Below are positions 1 through 12,500 of a DNA stretch of 64,000 bases, one piece after another. Both the position numbers and the translations under genes were made by a program. Every line of letters begins with the position of its first letter. Position 1 is the first letter of the stretch. The notes under the pieces are model-generated. The model made no database searches and was not told the origin of the DNA. It saw nothing but the letters and a program-made list of their open reading frames with translations. Source of the stretch: Tubiluchus corallicola (Eukaryota; Animalia; Priapulida); contig JAQGDQ010000818.1 of assembly GCA_030141605.1 (NCBI GenBank), positions 28,284-92,283 of the forward strand. The letters run 5' to 3'.

Positions 1-152
1 GCAACAAAATAATGCAACTATACGCTTCAGACTGCAACAAAATAATGCAACTGTACGCTTCAGGTGGCAACAAAATAATGCAACTATATGCTTCAGGCTG
101 CAACAAAATAATGCAACTATACGCTTCAGGCGGCAACAAAATAATGCAACTG
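1..152. repeat. 33-bp tandem repeat (GCAACAAAATAATGCAACTATACGCTTCAGGCT), cut by the window edge
   Basis: About 4.5 units visible; explains ORF 12..254. Confidence 0.9.
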
Positions 153-882
153 TACAGCAAAAATGCCTCAAAATTCAAGCAACTTTCCCAAAAGTGCATA
201 GGCATTCATTCGATGGGATTTGTGGAAGATTTAAAATGTCGCTTTAACAAATGACTAGCATTTAGAGCACGTCAGAGCAAAAGCGAAACGTAAACTGAAT
301 AAAACGTAAGTTTGACATTGAGATAATTACGCTTAGCTGAAATGATGTGTCGGTGAAGAATCGACGAATTCGTCCGATCTGATGGTCGAATCGCTCGTCT
401 GTCGAATCGATCTCAATCATTCCAAACAAGTGCGCGTTAATAAAAGAACGTTACAACCAACTTCCATACGTCACAAACTCTTCACTTCAACTTACAATCT
501 ACGGAAACGCCATCTGATGTGTTTTTATCGAAACTACACTTATATACGTCAAACGGTGATACAAAAAAATTAAACCTTCAGTACCACAGTGTACTATAGA
601 TACATAAAAGTATAACCCTTTAAGTAAGCAGACAAGACTGGTAGCAAAATTTATGATATTTGCTTATGATATTAAACTGAACCCCGATTCTTGACCTTTG
701 CACCACTGGTTACATTGATAGTCTCGTAATATAACTTTCAGTCTTGTCACAGACTCTAGTTGGTGTGTCACGGACCAAAATGGTAATATTTGATGAACAT
801 GGGTTACTGAGTAACTACTGAGAATATCTAATGTTCATTTAGGCCTGAATATTACATAGTTTTAGTTCAGCTAGAATAAATT

Positions 883-1355
883 GGTGTGCAAATTGCGGCC
901 CGCCGAGGGAATTTGTGCGGCCCGCGAAGAGATTTGTCAACCTAATGAAAGTGCGGCCCGGGCGATTAATTGAGCGTATCCAGTTGAAGTCCGTGCCACG
1001 ATCCCAAAGATAGTGCGGGTAGTTTCTCCTACTAGATCGGATGCCATTAACCCTTACAAGACGGTTGTAGCTTAATGTCACTGTACTACACAGACTGTGT
1101 GATACACATTACTAATATGCATTGTAATGAAATTACCACTATCTGTCCTGAAAGTAGAAATATATGGTTTGTAATATAAATTTTAATAACTTCTAAAATA
1201 GTTTCTTGAGTGTAGTAGTAATGATGTACGCAGGTCGGATGCAAAAAAATCGTTATTAGGCCTTTCTGTACTTGGCTCCTTGACCAAACTGCCTGTGACC
1301 AAATTGCGGGAAAGTTTAATGTGGCCCGGCTAGTCAGATAATTTGCACACCCCTG
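883..1355 (+). mobile_element. hAT-like MITE family A, copy with eroded left TIR
   Basis: Near-identical to 10840-11300 and 60768-61249; ends AATTTGCACACCCCTG. Confidence 0.85.
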
Positions 1356-1530
1356 GTGTAGATGGTCTGCAATGGTCTTAATGAGATTATAATGATTCCT
1401 ATTCATTTATTGAATTAAACCATTTCTGACAAAAAACTAGATAAAAATATCTATACAAATAATCCCATGAATCCCAAGAAACCCAAATTTCTTTGAGTCA
1501 TGCAGTGATATCAAACAAATATGTTCATCA

Positions 1531-1595
<65 letters not shown>

Positions 1596-1615
1596 ACGCG
1601 CATGTGCGTGTGCGT
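1531..1615. repeat. (TG)n microsatellite
   Basis: Direct reading. Confidence 0.95.
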
Positions 1616-1773
1616 ATGCATATATATGTAATTATGTACAAACATATACCTATACTTCTTGTTTCGTATACATAAGTTTTTGTCACTAATAAATGTTAAT
1701 ATTATAATCTCAATTTAGCCAAAAACAAAACAAAAAAGGCCTACAATATGAATGTTGCTGAATTGCTGTTTAA

Positions 1774-2128
1774 CCCTTTCATACCCGTTGTATCCCGTGA
1801 GATACGAGAACATTTTCTGCCTTTGAAATTAATAAAATTTTAAAACTGACAGTTATTTGATCTGTTAATAGTTATTTTGATTTAAGCCAATAAAAACAGA
1901 CTGAAAATGGTGATAAAATGGCAAACTAGAAAATCTACATAGCATAAAAAACTGCGCAAGGTACAGTACTTTAGAGACGACTTTGTACAGATAAGCATAT
2001 CATGCATACTAAATGTCTTAAATACTTTAATAAATTATCAGCAGTTGCAAAATGAAGCACATTTTTTGCTTTTGTTGTGTCTTTAAAAAAGTTTTTCTTA
2101 TTAAAAAACTAATTTGGGACTGAAAGGG
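1774..2128 (+). mobile_element. piggyBac-like MITE family B, internally deleted copy
   Basis: TTAA|CCCTTTCA ... TGAAAGGG|TTAA termini; body matches 26249-26707. Confidence 0.85.
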
Positions 2129-2599
2129 TTAAAGGAGTCCAGCAAACATCAGTGAGTGAAGCCAAAATTTAATCAACTTAATCAACCCATTAAACCTGAT
2201 TTTAAATATTAACAACCATCTATTAATTGTTCAACAGAGTTTATGGCTTCAGCCTGTCCACATCCTAAAACAATTTTGAATTTGCTGGGGCTGAATAGAC
2301 TGGCTTCTTTAAACGAAGCCGGAAACTGGAAAATGTTTTTGTTTAGACACTATGACCAATGAACAGTATTCAAAATTATTTATCCAGCGCAACAATCTGC
2401 GCCATCAGTTCTCAAAGAAATTTACCATTTGATGGTTTTAATTCGCCCTGTAGTCTACAATAGGCTGCTAGTGTTTAGCTCTTTTTAGATTTTTGTGTAA
2501 CATGACTAAAAGAATTGCTAAATGCTTTAATGTAAATGTAGTTGATCTGTACCAATTTGCTTTCTTTATTGAAAAACTATAATACATGTATAAAGAGCT

Positions 2600-2648
2600 A
2601 CATACATGCATGCATACGCACACACACACATACATACACACACACACA

Positions 2649-2696
<48 letters not shown>

Positions 2697-2770
2697 CACA
2701 CATACATACATACATACATACATACATACATAATACATACATACATACATACATACATACATACATAATA
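2600..2770. repeat. Compound (CA)n/(CACG)n/(CATA)n microsatellite
   Basis: Direct reading; source of several spurious ORFs. Confidence 0.95.
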
Positions 2771-3639
2771 CACATTGAAAATACATAATACATACACAAA
2801 AATACACATACTGTGAAGTGTGTAGTGACTTATGAGGCATCCTATATAGTACACAAAAAATTATTTTCAGTACACAAATAAATATACGCAATCTATTGTT
2901 AAAATTAATCAAAATGTTGATTCTAAAGTGAATTTTCACTTTGTGCATGCAGTGCCAAAAAATAGTATGTTTACTGTACATCACAGGGACTAATTAGTCT
3001 TCCCTATAAAACCTAGAAGCTGAGTCAACAAAATACGTTTCCCATTCGCCTGTATACAAGCTGCCCTACTGCACGCGCTGAAAGAGAATTTACTGCAGTC
3101 AGTTGCTGACAATAAATTATTACTGCTGCAGCGGGGAAATGCAGTAATTTAGAATATGTTCAGCGCATTGTATCGGCCAATTACAGCAACCGAGTGAACA
3201 CGTGTGCAATAAAGACATATTGACAGCTCTGTCACGGTGCAAATTGTGTAGCAATATTAAAACTGTGAATCATGCAAACATCCGCTGGAGTAGAACAAAA
3301 TCGGACAAACTGTTGACCAGGGTTCTGTGGCGCCAGCCCTCCTCAAGATCGAAACAACATCAATCAGGCCTACCCAGTTCAAATAACAAAACAGAGAACA
3401 AAGTGCCACGGTCACTCAAATGACCAGTTATAACGAAAAACTTTCGAAGAATTATCAAGGATACTACGCTGACCACAGCTAACAAATAAACCAAGGTGTA
3501 ATAATTACTTAAATAACATGGCAAGCAATCTCTTTGGAAAATTGAAAATTCGAGTGACTAAAAAGTGTGCTAAACAGTTACAGTTACACCAGGCTTTAGA
3601 TTTACGCTTTAAATTCGATATACTTTTGCTCAGTTTTAT

Positions 3640-3850
3640 TCCATCTATAGACGTTGAGGCATTACCATATACTAGGACATTCCACCCAATCCTATCTGCA
3701 GCCAACAGTTCCTAAAGCTAGATTTGGTTGATGTTGTTGAATATTTTTTTTATTTTTCTTAGCTATCCAAGTCGTTTTTGGTTTGTTACGTGTGTTTGCA
3801 AGGTTTGAAGGCTTCCTTTAAGGCAATTCTTACTGCTGTTTCAGTAAATA
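3640..3850 (-). mobile_element. Decayed 3' end of an RTE-type LINE
   Basis: Minus-strand remnants AVRIALKEAFKP..KPKTTWI..LAADRIGWNVLV resemble RTE ORF C-termini; shares TCAACGTCTA with the element at 63470-64000. Confidence 0.55.
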
Positions 3851-3885
3851 TCAAACTACATGTATTCCTGTGAACAAGGGTGTGG

Positions 3886-4636
3886 GCAATGATGTGAACA
3901 ATGAAGTGAACAATGATGTGAAAAAGGATGTGGACAATGATGTGGACAATGAAGTGAACAATGATGTAAGCAATGATGTGAACAATGATGTGAACAGTGA
4001 TGTGAACAATGATGTGGACAATGATGTGAACAATAATGTGGACAATGATGTGGACAATAATGTGAACAATGATGTGAACGAGGATGTGGACAAGGATGTG
4101 AACAATGATGTGAACAATGATGTGAGCAGTGATGTGAACAATAATGTGGACAATGATGTGGAAAATAATGTGAACAATGATGTGAACGAGGATGTGGACA
4201 AGGATGTGAACAATGATGTGGAGAATGATGTGAACAATAATGTGAACAATAATGTGAACAATGATGTGGACAATGATGTGAATAATAATGTGAACAATGA
4301 TGTGGACAATAATGTGAACAATGATGTGGACAATGATGCGAACAATGATGTGAGCAATAATGTGAACAATGATGTGAACAAGGATGTGAACAATAATGTG
4401 AACAATAATGTGAACAATGATGTGAACAATAATGTGGACAATGATGTGAACAATGATGTGAACAATGATGTGGACAATGATGTAAGCAATGATGTGGCCA
4501 ATGATGTGAACAATGATGTGAACAATGATGTAAACAATGATGTGGACAATGATGTGGACAATGATGTAAGCAATGATGTGGCCAATGATGTGAACAATGA
4601 TGTAAGCAATGATGCGGACACCATAAACAATGATGT
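3886..4636. repeat. 12-bp minisatellite (AACAATGATGTG), about 60 units
   Basis: Direct reading; explains ORFs 3851..4660 and 3870..4649. Confidence 0.95.
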
Positions 4637-5327
4637 AGGCCTGTGGTAATTACATAACAATCAACTAATCAGATCCAAGTCAGTGAACCCCTGAGCTTCT
4701 GTTAACTAAGCACTCTGGATGGAGAGCCTTTTTGACACCATTCAGTTTACCTGCCAAACTCAAAGGAAGACCTATTTATGTAAATCGCAGTGGCAGAACT
4801 GCAACCTAGCTGTTTGTTACGGATAAACTCATAAAATGAGACAATGAATACACAGAGGTGTTACAAACCAGATGCACATTTGAAAGTGTGTAAAGTACAA
4901 GCTTTACAGCAAAAGTAAATAACCATGGACAGCATGCTAGATGAAACTATACAGAACAAGTGTTGAACTCTGACAACACTCGATTCACTAACCAAACTTG
5001 GTGTTGCTTAACTTTGGTTGCTGAGCAATCACTTGATACACACTCGGCTATTCATCGTTGCCAAAAGACAAGCCATCAGGACAGTTAATTTCAAAATGTA
5101 AGAACACAAAACTATTAATAACCGAGAAAAAAACTGAAAAATCTCAAAAACTCGAAAGTCAACTTGCTGTCCAGAATTTGCTCTACAGAAAAACGAATGC
5201 AGTGTATTTGATATGCACACAAATATAAAAACAAATAACTAGACACATTGGCTTGGAGAAACGGTCAATGCAGCAATTGTATTAAATGACTTTAATTGTC
5301 TATTATTTGATGCAGTATATTTGTGGA

Positions 5328-5812
5328 AGACCCTGGTTAGTACTTGGATGGGTGACCGCGTAGGAATGCCAGGTGCTGTAGGCTTGCAGGATGCCCACAC
5401 TGTATCTCGACACTAGGCGGAGGAGCTGCACAAGCAGCCAACGGCTAGAGGGTGGAGGAGGTCAAGTGACCCAGCGGCCATGTGTAGACGAGTAAACCTT
5501 CCAAATCAGGAGTGGAGCCCCGAAGGCGGACCAGTGCAGCATGCTCACTGACTCCGGCAGCTCCAGCAGCCAAGCTGGTGCCAAACGTATCGCTCCGCTT
5601 TCCTTTGGACTACACCAGGGAGGAAGAGAGGGGTTCCTGTTGTCTGGGCAACTGAGGATCTCTATACACCTTGCCCAGGCCTGCGCCCTGGAGACGTTAA
5701 AGGGTCGCACTGCTCAGCCACAGTCGACGCTACAGCTCCATCAATGTGATCAATAACCGACTCTCTTGGCACACACTCCATTGTCTTCCGAGACAGAAGG
5801 GTGCCAACCTAA
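5328..5812 (+). mobile_element. 5S rRNA-headed SINE (SINE3-like) with a LINE-derived GC-rich body, 5' truncated
   Basis: 5331-5385 CCTGGTTAGTACTTGGATGGGTGACCGCGTAGGAATGCCAGGTGCTGTAGGCTT matches the 3' half of animal 5S rRNA; terminal hairpin at 5778-5805; flanks ATATTTGTGGA/ATACTTGTGGA look like a TSD. Confidence 0.7.
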
Positions 5813-6371
5813 ATACTTGTGGAGAAATATCTTACATATCATAAGAAAAGTGCTGAACAAAAAAATACTACAAATCAGCATTTGAAACACAGCAACAAAG
5901 TAGCCATACTTGGATATCTATTTCACTAGCTTATATACATTGCAATTAATACTAACTGTATGTTTTACAGGACATTGTCTACCTTATCTACATTGAAAAC
6001 CTCTAGGAAAACAAGTTTAAGTGTCCTTTCCTCCAACTCTTAAACACCATCTGTGTCACCGTGCATATTTTGTGCAAGAACTGGTCCTCCGAATCATCAA
6101 AGTCACCACCACAATGGAAGCAACGTTGAGAGGAACTCAGATGAGAGAAAAAGACCCGATGACTGAAAAGCGTAAGTGTGAGTATCATCATCGCCAGCCA
6201 TTTCTCATATCCGAGTTCTTCCCAATGTCGCTCCTAATCTGATATCGTAGTAAATTTTACATATTTTAGCTTACTGTGCCTGCAGTAGACAAAATATTTA
6301 CACTGATATCTAGGTACAGAAAATCAGCATTAGAAATTCTAATGCTGTAGAATAAAGACATTTGATCTTAC

Positions 6372-7109
6372 CTGATTTTCTGACTGAGCAAGCCTCAGCT
6401 GTTCGGACATCATCACGTATTTCGTTGCTTCCTCTTTTCGCATCGCCCGCTCCTTTTTCAGCTCCGGGCTCCAGAAGGTCTTGATGCTGTTCATGCTGGA
6501 ACTCAGCTTCTGATTGGCTTGGTCCAGATCCTGGTGTAGAATGCTGCACTCTCGCTGTAGCTCACAGATCTGCGCTTGGAGGTCCAGGATGAGTTGAGAG
6601 TCGCGGTAACCGAATCGTTCGGCGTACGACGATGCTTGACTGTGTGACCGTTCCGGCTCCATGTCGTGAGGGTCAAGGTACCACCGGTCACTGGTGCTGA
6701 AGGGTAATCCGTACTGGTCACCGCCACGCTCCAGAGAGCGACCCCGCGGCAGAGCGTGTCGATGGTTGCGTAGAGTGGCGTACTCTCGCTCGTACACATC
6801 GCCGGTGCGATCGTATGATCTGTCCCGACTGCCGATGCGCACATTAGTGAGCGAACTCGAGCGTCCATGTAGAGTGGTGTGTGGTGGAGATGACGCCCGG
6901 TCGCGACCCTCTGTCAAAAATGTTTGACTATATGCAGCATTCACCGACTGCAAATTCTCCAATGTCAGAGGGCTGCCGGTCTCAGAGCGAGATGTGCCAG
7001 CCGGTTTCCGGTGCCGGCTGGGCGACATCATGCGAGTCGCGGGACTTGTCCGGGCCGAACTGTTGTGTTCCGACCGCCGAGATGGCTTGGGCGAATGCGC
7101 ACTATACAT
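6372..7109 (-). CDS. ERC1: ELKS/ERC/CAST (Bruchpilot-like) active-zone coiled-coil protein, first coding exon (246 codons, phase-0 donor)
   Basis: MYSA start, LTLENLQSVNAAY and SSSMNSIKTFWSPELKKERAMRKEE are ERC-family signatures; acceptor TTTTGTTTGCAG before 7267 and donor CAG|GTAAGA at 6372/6371. No further ERC exon recognised in 1-6371. Confidence 0.93.
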
Positions 7110-7537
7110 GGTTACCAATTCTTATTATACACGGCTTCTTAAACTAACATTGGTTAGACGACACAACAACCTCTTCCTGCGAAACACGCAAATTCTCATT
7201 TTCACCGCACTGAGATGTATCCAATCTGCTTGAGATTCATTGTTGTATACAACAGCAATATGATGTCCTGCAAACAAAAAAACAACTGACGTAAGATAAT
7301 AATTTCAAAGTCGAGTCCATAGGGAAATGCTGGCAGTCACATAATTCAATGTTTAGCAAAAACATAGATTTTGTGGGCTTTGCTCATTTGCCCTAAAATG
7401 TCAGTTTTTCTAAATACTAGTAGGATGCAAACAATACATAAAATACTTCAAGTGCCTAGAAACACTAGGTAATTTAGACATCTGTCGTTGATTTTCTAGG
7501 GTGCTCAGGCTAGCAACTACAAAAATTACTTTAATAA

Positions 7538-8813
7538 CTCCCACGCATCGGTAAACTCGATACGCCGAACTCCTATAGCCGAACCTAATTACTCCATCTC
7601 CCACGCATCGGTAGACTCGATACTGCTGAGCTCCTATAGCTGAACCTAATTACTCCATCTCCCACGCATCGGTAAACTCGATACTGCTGAACTCCTATAG
7701 CCGAACCTAATTACTCCATCTCCCATGCATCGGTAGACTCGATACTGCTGAGCTCCTATAGCCGAACCTAATTACTCCATCTCCCACGCATCGGTAAACT
7801 CGATACAGGTGAACTCCTATAGCCGAACCAAATTACTCCATCTCCCATGCATCGGTAAACTCGATACCGCTGAACTCCTATAGCCGAACCTAATTACTCC
7901 ATCTCCCACGCATTGGTAAACTCGATACTGCTGAACTCCTATAGCCGAACCTAATTACTCCATCTCCCACGCATTGGTAGACTCGATACTACTGAACTTC
8001 TATAGCTGAACCTAATGACTCCATCTCCCACGCATCGGTAGACTCGATACTGCTGAACTCCTATAGCCGAACCTAATTACTCCATCTCCCACGCATCGGT
8101 AGACTCGATACTGCTGAACTCCTATAGCCGAACCTAATTACTCCATCTCCCACGCATCGGTAGACTCGATACTGCCGAACTCCTAAAGCCGAACCTAATT
8201 ACTCCATCTCCCACGCATCGGTAGACTCGATAACGCTGAACTCCTATAGCTGAACCTAATTACTCCATCTCCCACGCATCGGTAGACTCGATACCGCTGA
8301 ACTCCTAAGGCCGAACCTAATTACTCCATCTCCCACGCATCGGTAAACTCGATACTGCTGAACTCCTAAGCCGAACCCAATGACTCCATCTCCCACGCAT
8401 CGGTAGACTCGATACTGCTGAACTCCTATAGCTGAACCTAATGACTCCATCTCCCACGCATCGGTAGACTCGATACGCTGAACTCCTACAGCCGAACCTA
8501 ATTACTCCATCTCCCACGCATCGGTAGACTCGATACTGCTGAACTCCTATAGCTGAACCCAATGACTCCATCTCCTACGCATCGGTAAACTCGATACGCT
8601 GAACTCCTACAGTCGAACCTAATTACTCCATCTCCTACGCATCGGTAAACTCGATACGCTGAACTCCTACAGCCGAACCTAATTACTCCATCTCCTACGC
8701 ATCGGTAAACTCGATACCGCTGAACTCCTAAAGCCGAACCTAATTACTCCATCTCCCACGCATCGGTAAACTCGATACCGCTGAACTCCTAAAGCCGAAC
8801 CTAATTACTCCAT
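7538..8813. repeat. About 61-bp minisatellite, about 21 units, in the ERC 5' intron
   Basis: Unit CTCCCACGCATCGGTAGACTCGATACTGCTGAACTCCTATAGCCGAACCTAATTACTCCAT; no unique spacers. Confidence 0.95.
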
Positions 8814-9106
8814 TTCTTTTTATGCTCACAGGCACTAGACCTATTTAACAGATGCTTGATGTAACCATTTCTTACGAGTTTAGGTATAAAGCTAGTCACG
8901 TTTAGTATTAACTACGACTGCTACTAATGAATTCCATGCATACGCGTTACATTTTGATAATTTTCAGCATTGGCCCTTTGTTTGAACAACTTGACATTAT
9001 GGTCCGTGGTATTCAAAAGTAACGAGTTAACAATAACAAAGTAACTTTTCAGTAATAAGTAACCTGGCAAACTACTTTCCTAAACAAATAATGTGGAAAC
9101 TACACG

Positions 9107-9202
9107 TTACTACAGTAATTGGTACATTACACATTACTACAGTAATTGGTACATTACACATTACTACAGTAACTGGTACATTACACATTACTACAGTAAT
9201 TG
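9107..9202. repeat. 27-bp tandem repeat, about 3.5 units
   Basis: TTACTACAGTAATTGGTACATTACACA repeated. Confidence 0.85.
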
Positions 9203-9427
9203 TGGTATGTGTTCTATGGAATGAGTGCATAATTAATTTCTAGTGAACAATTTGAAATATGATTGTACTACACCTTCAAAGTACAATGCACAACACTTGT
9301 CCTTGGCTATGCTTTGCTAGCCAGACAATAAGTAGACATGCTGCTTTTATGCCATTGGCTGTTTGAACAAGGCTGCTCTTCACATGATTTAATTGACTTA
9401 TATATAAATGGCGGTGATGCATTAAAA

Positions 9428-9838
9428 TGGTACAATGTTATAGACAGTGGTACAATGTTATAGACAGTGGTACAATGTTATATACAACGGTACAATGTTA
9501 TAGACAGTGGTACAATGTTATAGACAGTGGTACAATGTTATATACAACGGTACAATGTTATAGACAGTGGTACAATGTTATATACAACGGTACAATGTTA
9601 TAGACAGTGGTACAATGTTATAGACAGTGGTACAATGTTATATACAGTGGTACAATGTTATATACAATGGTACAATGTTATAGACAGTGGTACAATGTTA
9701 TATACAATGGTACAATGTTATAGACAGTGGTACAATGTTATAGACAGTGGTACAATGTTATAGACAGTGGTACAATGTTATATACAATGGTACAATGTTA
9801 TATACAGTGGCACAGTGTTATAGAGAGTTATATACAGT
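9428..9838. repeat. 20-bp minisatellite (TGGTACAATGTTATAGACAG), about 20 units
   Basis: Direct reading. Confidence 0.95.
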
Positions 9839-10188
9839 GCTCAGAATTACATTGTGCTACCACAACAACTACTCAGTAATAGAACACAGCAAAGAGTTGA
9901 TCTTAACTTTAGATTGTCCTTTGAGTAGTGGCGTCGAGAACTACGCCAGTATGGCACTTCTCGAGTAAAAGTGTTTATTCATGTTTGCTTGGATCTGCCC
10001 TTGCAAATCTGTTTCATAGTATACATTTAACTCTATGCAAAGCTTAAAGTGTGCAATTTGCCTAAACTAAGTCATGCCCAATTGGCCATGTAATCATTTA
10101 CACATAAGCTCCCTTCTCGCTCGGAATATATATATATATAGTTGTAATCTTGCCAAAATTTTCCTAGCTAGCTTGGGGGTGACATAAC

Positions 10189-10555
10189 TGTTGTGGAGAT
10201 CCCCGGGATCTATTAGAATTATTACATAGAACATTGTAGAATGTTCCGACGGAATGACCGTCTCGCCGTCTGGAATGTTCTGGAACATTAGTTCTGGAAG
10301 TTTCTTCAGCGCGCTATATAAGGCGAAGCAGGCCGCCGACAAGAGATCGCACAGAGCACGAAGATCTCGCACAGACGTATACTTACACATTCTCTTGTAT
10401 ACTTACATTTTCAGATATACTTAAACATTTTCCAGATTTTCACGTTTAGTGTAATCATTTCGTGTTGTAGAATTCTCGCATAATAAACTAGTTTAATTTA
10501 ACGACGTGTTTTCTGGTGTTCTCTACGAGTCTTCCGAGAGAAACAAAACAAAACA
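10189..10555 (+). mobile_element. Solo LTR, family D
   Basis: TGT...ACA termini, perfect 5-bp TSD ATAAC, internal TATATAA and AATAAA; homologous to 39814-40184 and 40982-41346. Confidence 0.85.
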
Positions 10556-10839
10556 ATAACACTGCATCATGTCGCTCCACCTCCTCATTATCGAAGATAG
10601 AGGGCAAGAACTAGGTATGTGGTTGTTACATTGTATTTAATCTTATAATTCGTACTCTTTTCACTCATGTTTATTTGCATGTAACACTGTCATAAAGTAG
10701 CAATGGCTTTAACTTTAATAATGTAGCATTGGCTGTATATCTTTCCTAATGTAACATCAGCTGTATTAAATCATGACATTTCCATTGGTTATGTATCAAT
10801 CATTGTAAATACAACATAACTCAAATGTATATGTTAAAT

Positions 10840-11300
10840 CAGGGGTGTGCAAATTGCGGCCCGCGAATAGATTTGTCAACCTAATCAAAGTGCGGCCCGG
10901 GCGATTAATTGAGTGTATCCAGCTGAAGTCCGTGCCACGATCCCAAAGATAGTACGGGTAGTTTTTTCTACTAGATCGGATGCCATTAACCCTTACAAGA
11001 CGGTTGTAGCTTAATAACACTGTACTACACAGACTGTGTGCCCCACATTACTAATATGCATTATAATGAAATTACCACTATCTGTCCTGAAAGTAGAAAT
11101 ATATGGTTTGTAATATAAATTTTAATATCTTCTAAAATAGTTTCTTGAATGTAGTAGTAATGATGTATGCAGGTCGGATGCAAAAAAAATCGTTATTGGG
11201 CCTTTCTGTACTTGGCTCCTTGATCAAACTGCCTGTGGCCCGCAGGAATTGCGGGAAAGTTTAATGTGGCCCGGCTAGTCGGATAATTTGCACACCCCTG
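10840..11300 (+). mobile_element. hAT-like MITE family A
   Basis: TIR CAGGGGTGTGCAAATT/AATTTGCACACCCCTG; TSD not intact. Confidence 0.9.
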
Positions 11301-12264
11301 TAGTAAACAGTATATTATTTACCTAGAATTTTGCTATCAACAAATTCAAATCGCACACATTTTCCACCTCACGAAATGGGGAAATAAACATAAACTAGGG
11401 TTTTCACTCACCAAATAATCGTATTCCCACCTATATCTAAAATTACAACTTTTTACTAAGAGCTAAAAGGTTAAAATTAAATTTATTTACAAAATAGCAA
11501 ATAAAATAACAAAACATCGTTCGCGACAAGTTGACTTTGAAATAATGTCAAGTTAACATTAAACAGGAAAGACGATTAACAGAGGTTCTACTAGTGTATA
11601 AAAATCAACCGTAAAAAGCTGGAACCTTTTAATTTAAAACTTCGATTTCTGACATCGTAACATTTCACAGTTACTACAAAATGTAATAATTTCTGCCGCA
11701 GAAGCTTGATAGGCTAGAGTTAAGCCATAAATTAAAACGTAAAAAACTGCAAAACAGTAAATTCCATCAACAACAGTGTGTCTTTCCTAGACCTTATCAT
11801 TTCATGCAGTCTGGCTCTTTGCCATCTTATTCATGTCTAAAATAAAAACAAACTGAAAATTCTGCTCAAACATCTTAGACTAAGTACACAAAATGTTTAC
11901 CCATGTTAATTCAACTTCTGGATATACATGTAATCTTATAATGTAATCCGAGGAAAGAATTCCGGGATCGCTATCATGCTATAATTTATAGTAGTAATAG
12001 TATATTATAGTATATTAGACGTCCTATTACTACTAGTATTATTCAACCTAACTTTTCAATAACTATTTCCTTGGGCTTTTAAAATGTACATGGAATTTTT
12101 GCAACCGCTTTCAAACTTTTATTAGTTTAAATCTGAACATGTAGCTATAAGATACCCTACGGATGACATTTACAACGCATTTTTCTAGAAAACGTTTTAA
12201 TTTTACGCTTTCATCAAGTGCACTTCTAAAATTTACGGTATAAAAAATAAAACTATTTACTTAC

Positions 12265-12500
12265 TTTTGTTCGAAACGTAGAAGTCATCCTCTAAGTAAA
12301 ACTATTAGCTAACAAACTGAAAACAAATAATTATTAACGTTTTATTTCCACCACACACCACAAACAATTTTGCAATAAGCATCAAGGATCAAACGGATTC
12401 ATCCGATCCAGTGCAGACTGTAGATGCAAACAAATCCAACATCGCGCAAATAGCTAATGACTTCCAGTTTGATAAATCGCCGTCAGAGGACCAAAAAGCT
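12265..12500 (-). other. Candidate non-coding first exon / promoter region of the ERC gene
   Basis: Only a minus-strand AAA|GTAAGT donor at 12264 in unique sequence, plus the need for an upstream exon (acceptor at 7267); 5' boundary is a guess. Confidence 0.3.

Noticed and set aside
839-1081. Recurrent small ORF MTLSYNRLVRVNGIRSS...
   Set aside because: Incidental frame within MITE family A; non-ATG starts and variable ends.
3851-4660. Long N/D/V-rich and S/L/T-rich ORFs
   Set aside because: By-products of a stop-free 12-bp repeat; no ATG or splice support.
5331-5385. Functional 5S rRNA gene
   Set aside because: Only the 3' ~55 nt are present, diverged, with no T-run terminator, and fused to a SINE body.
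6188-6238. Short alternative terminal ERC exon (IRSDIGKNSDMRNGWR*)
   Set aside because: In frame after a CAG, but there is no polypyrimidine tract and no ERC similarity.
7538-8813. CRISPR-like appearance of the 61-bp array (also the arrays at 18897 and 54159)
   Set aside because: Units are contiguous with no unique spacers, there are no cas genes, and the context is eukaryotic introns.
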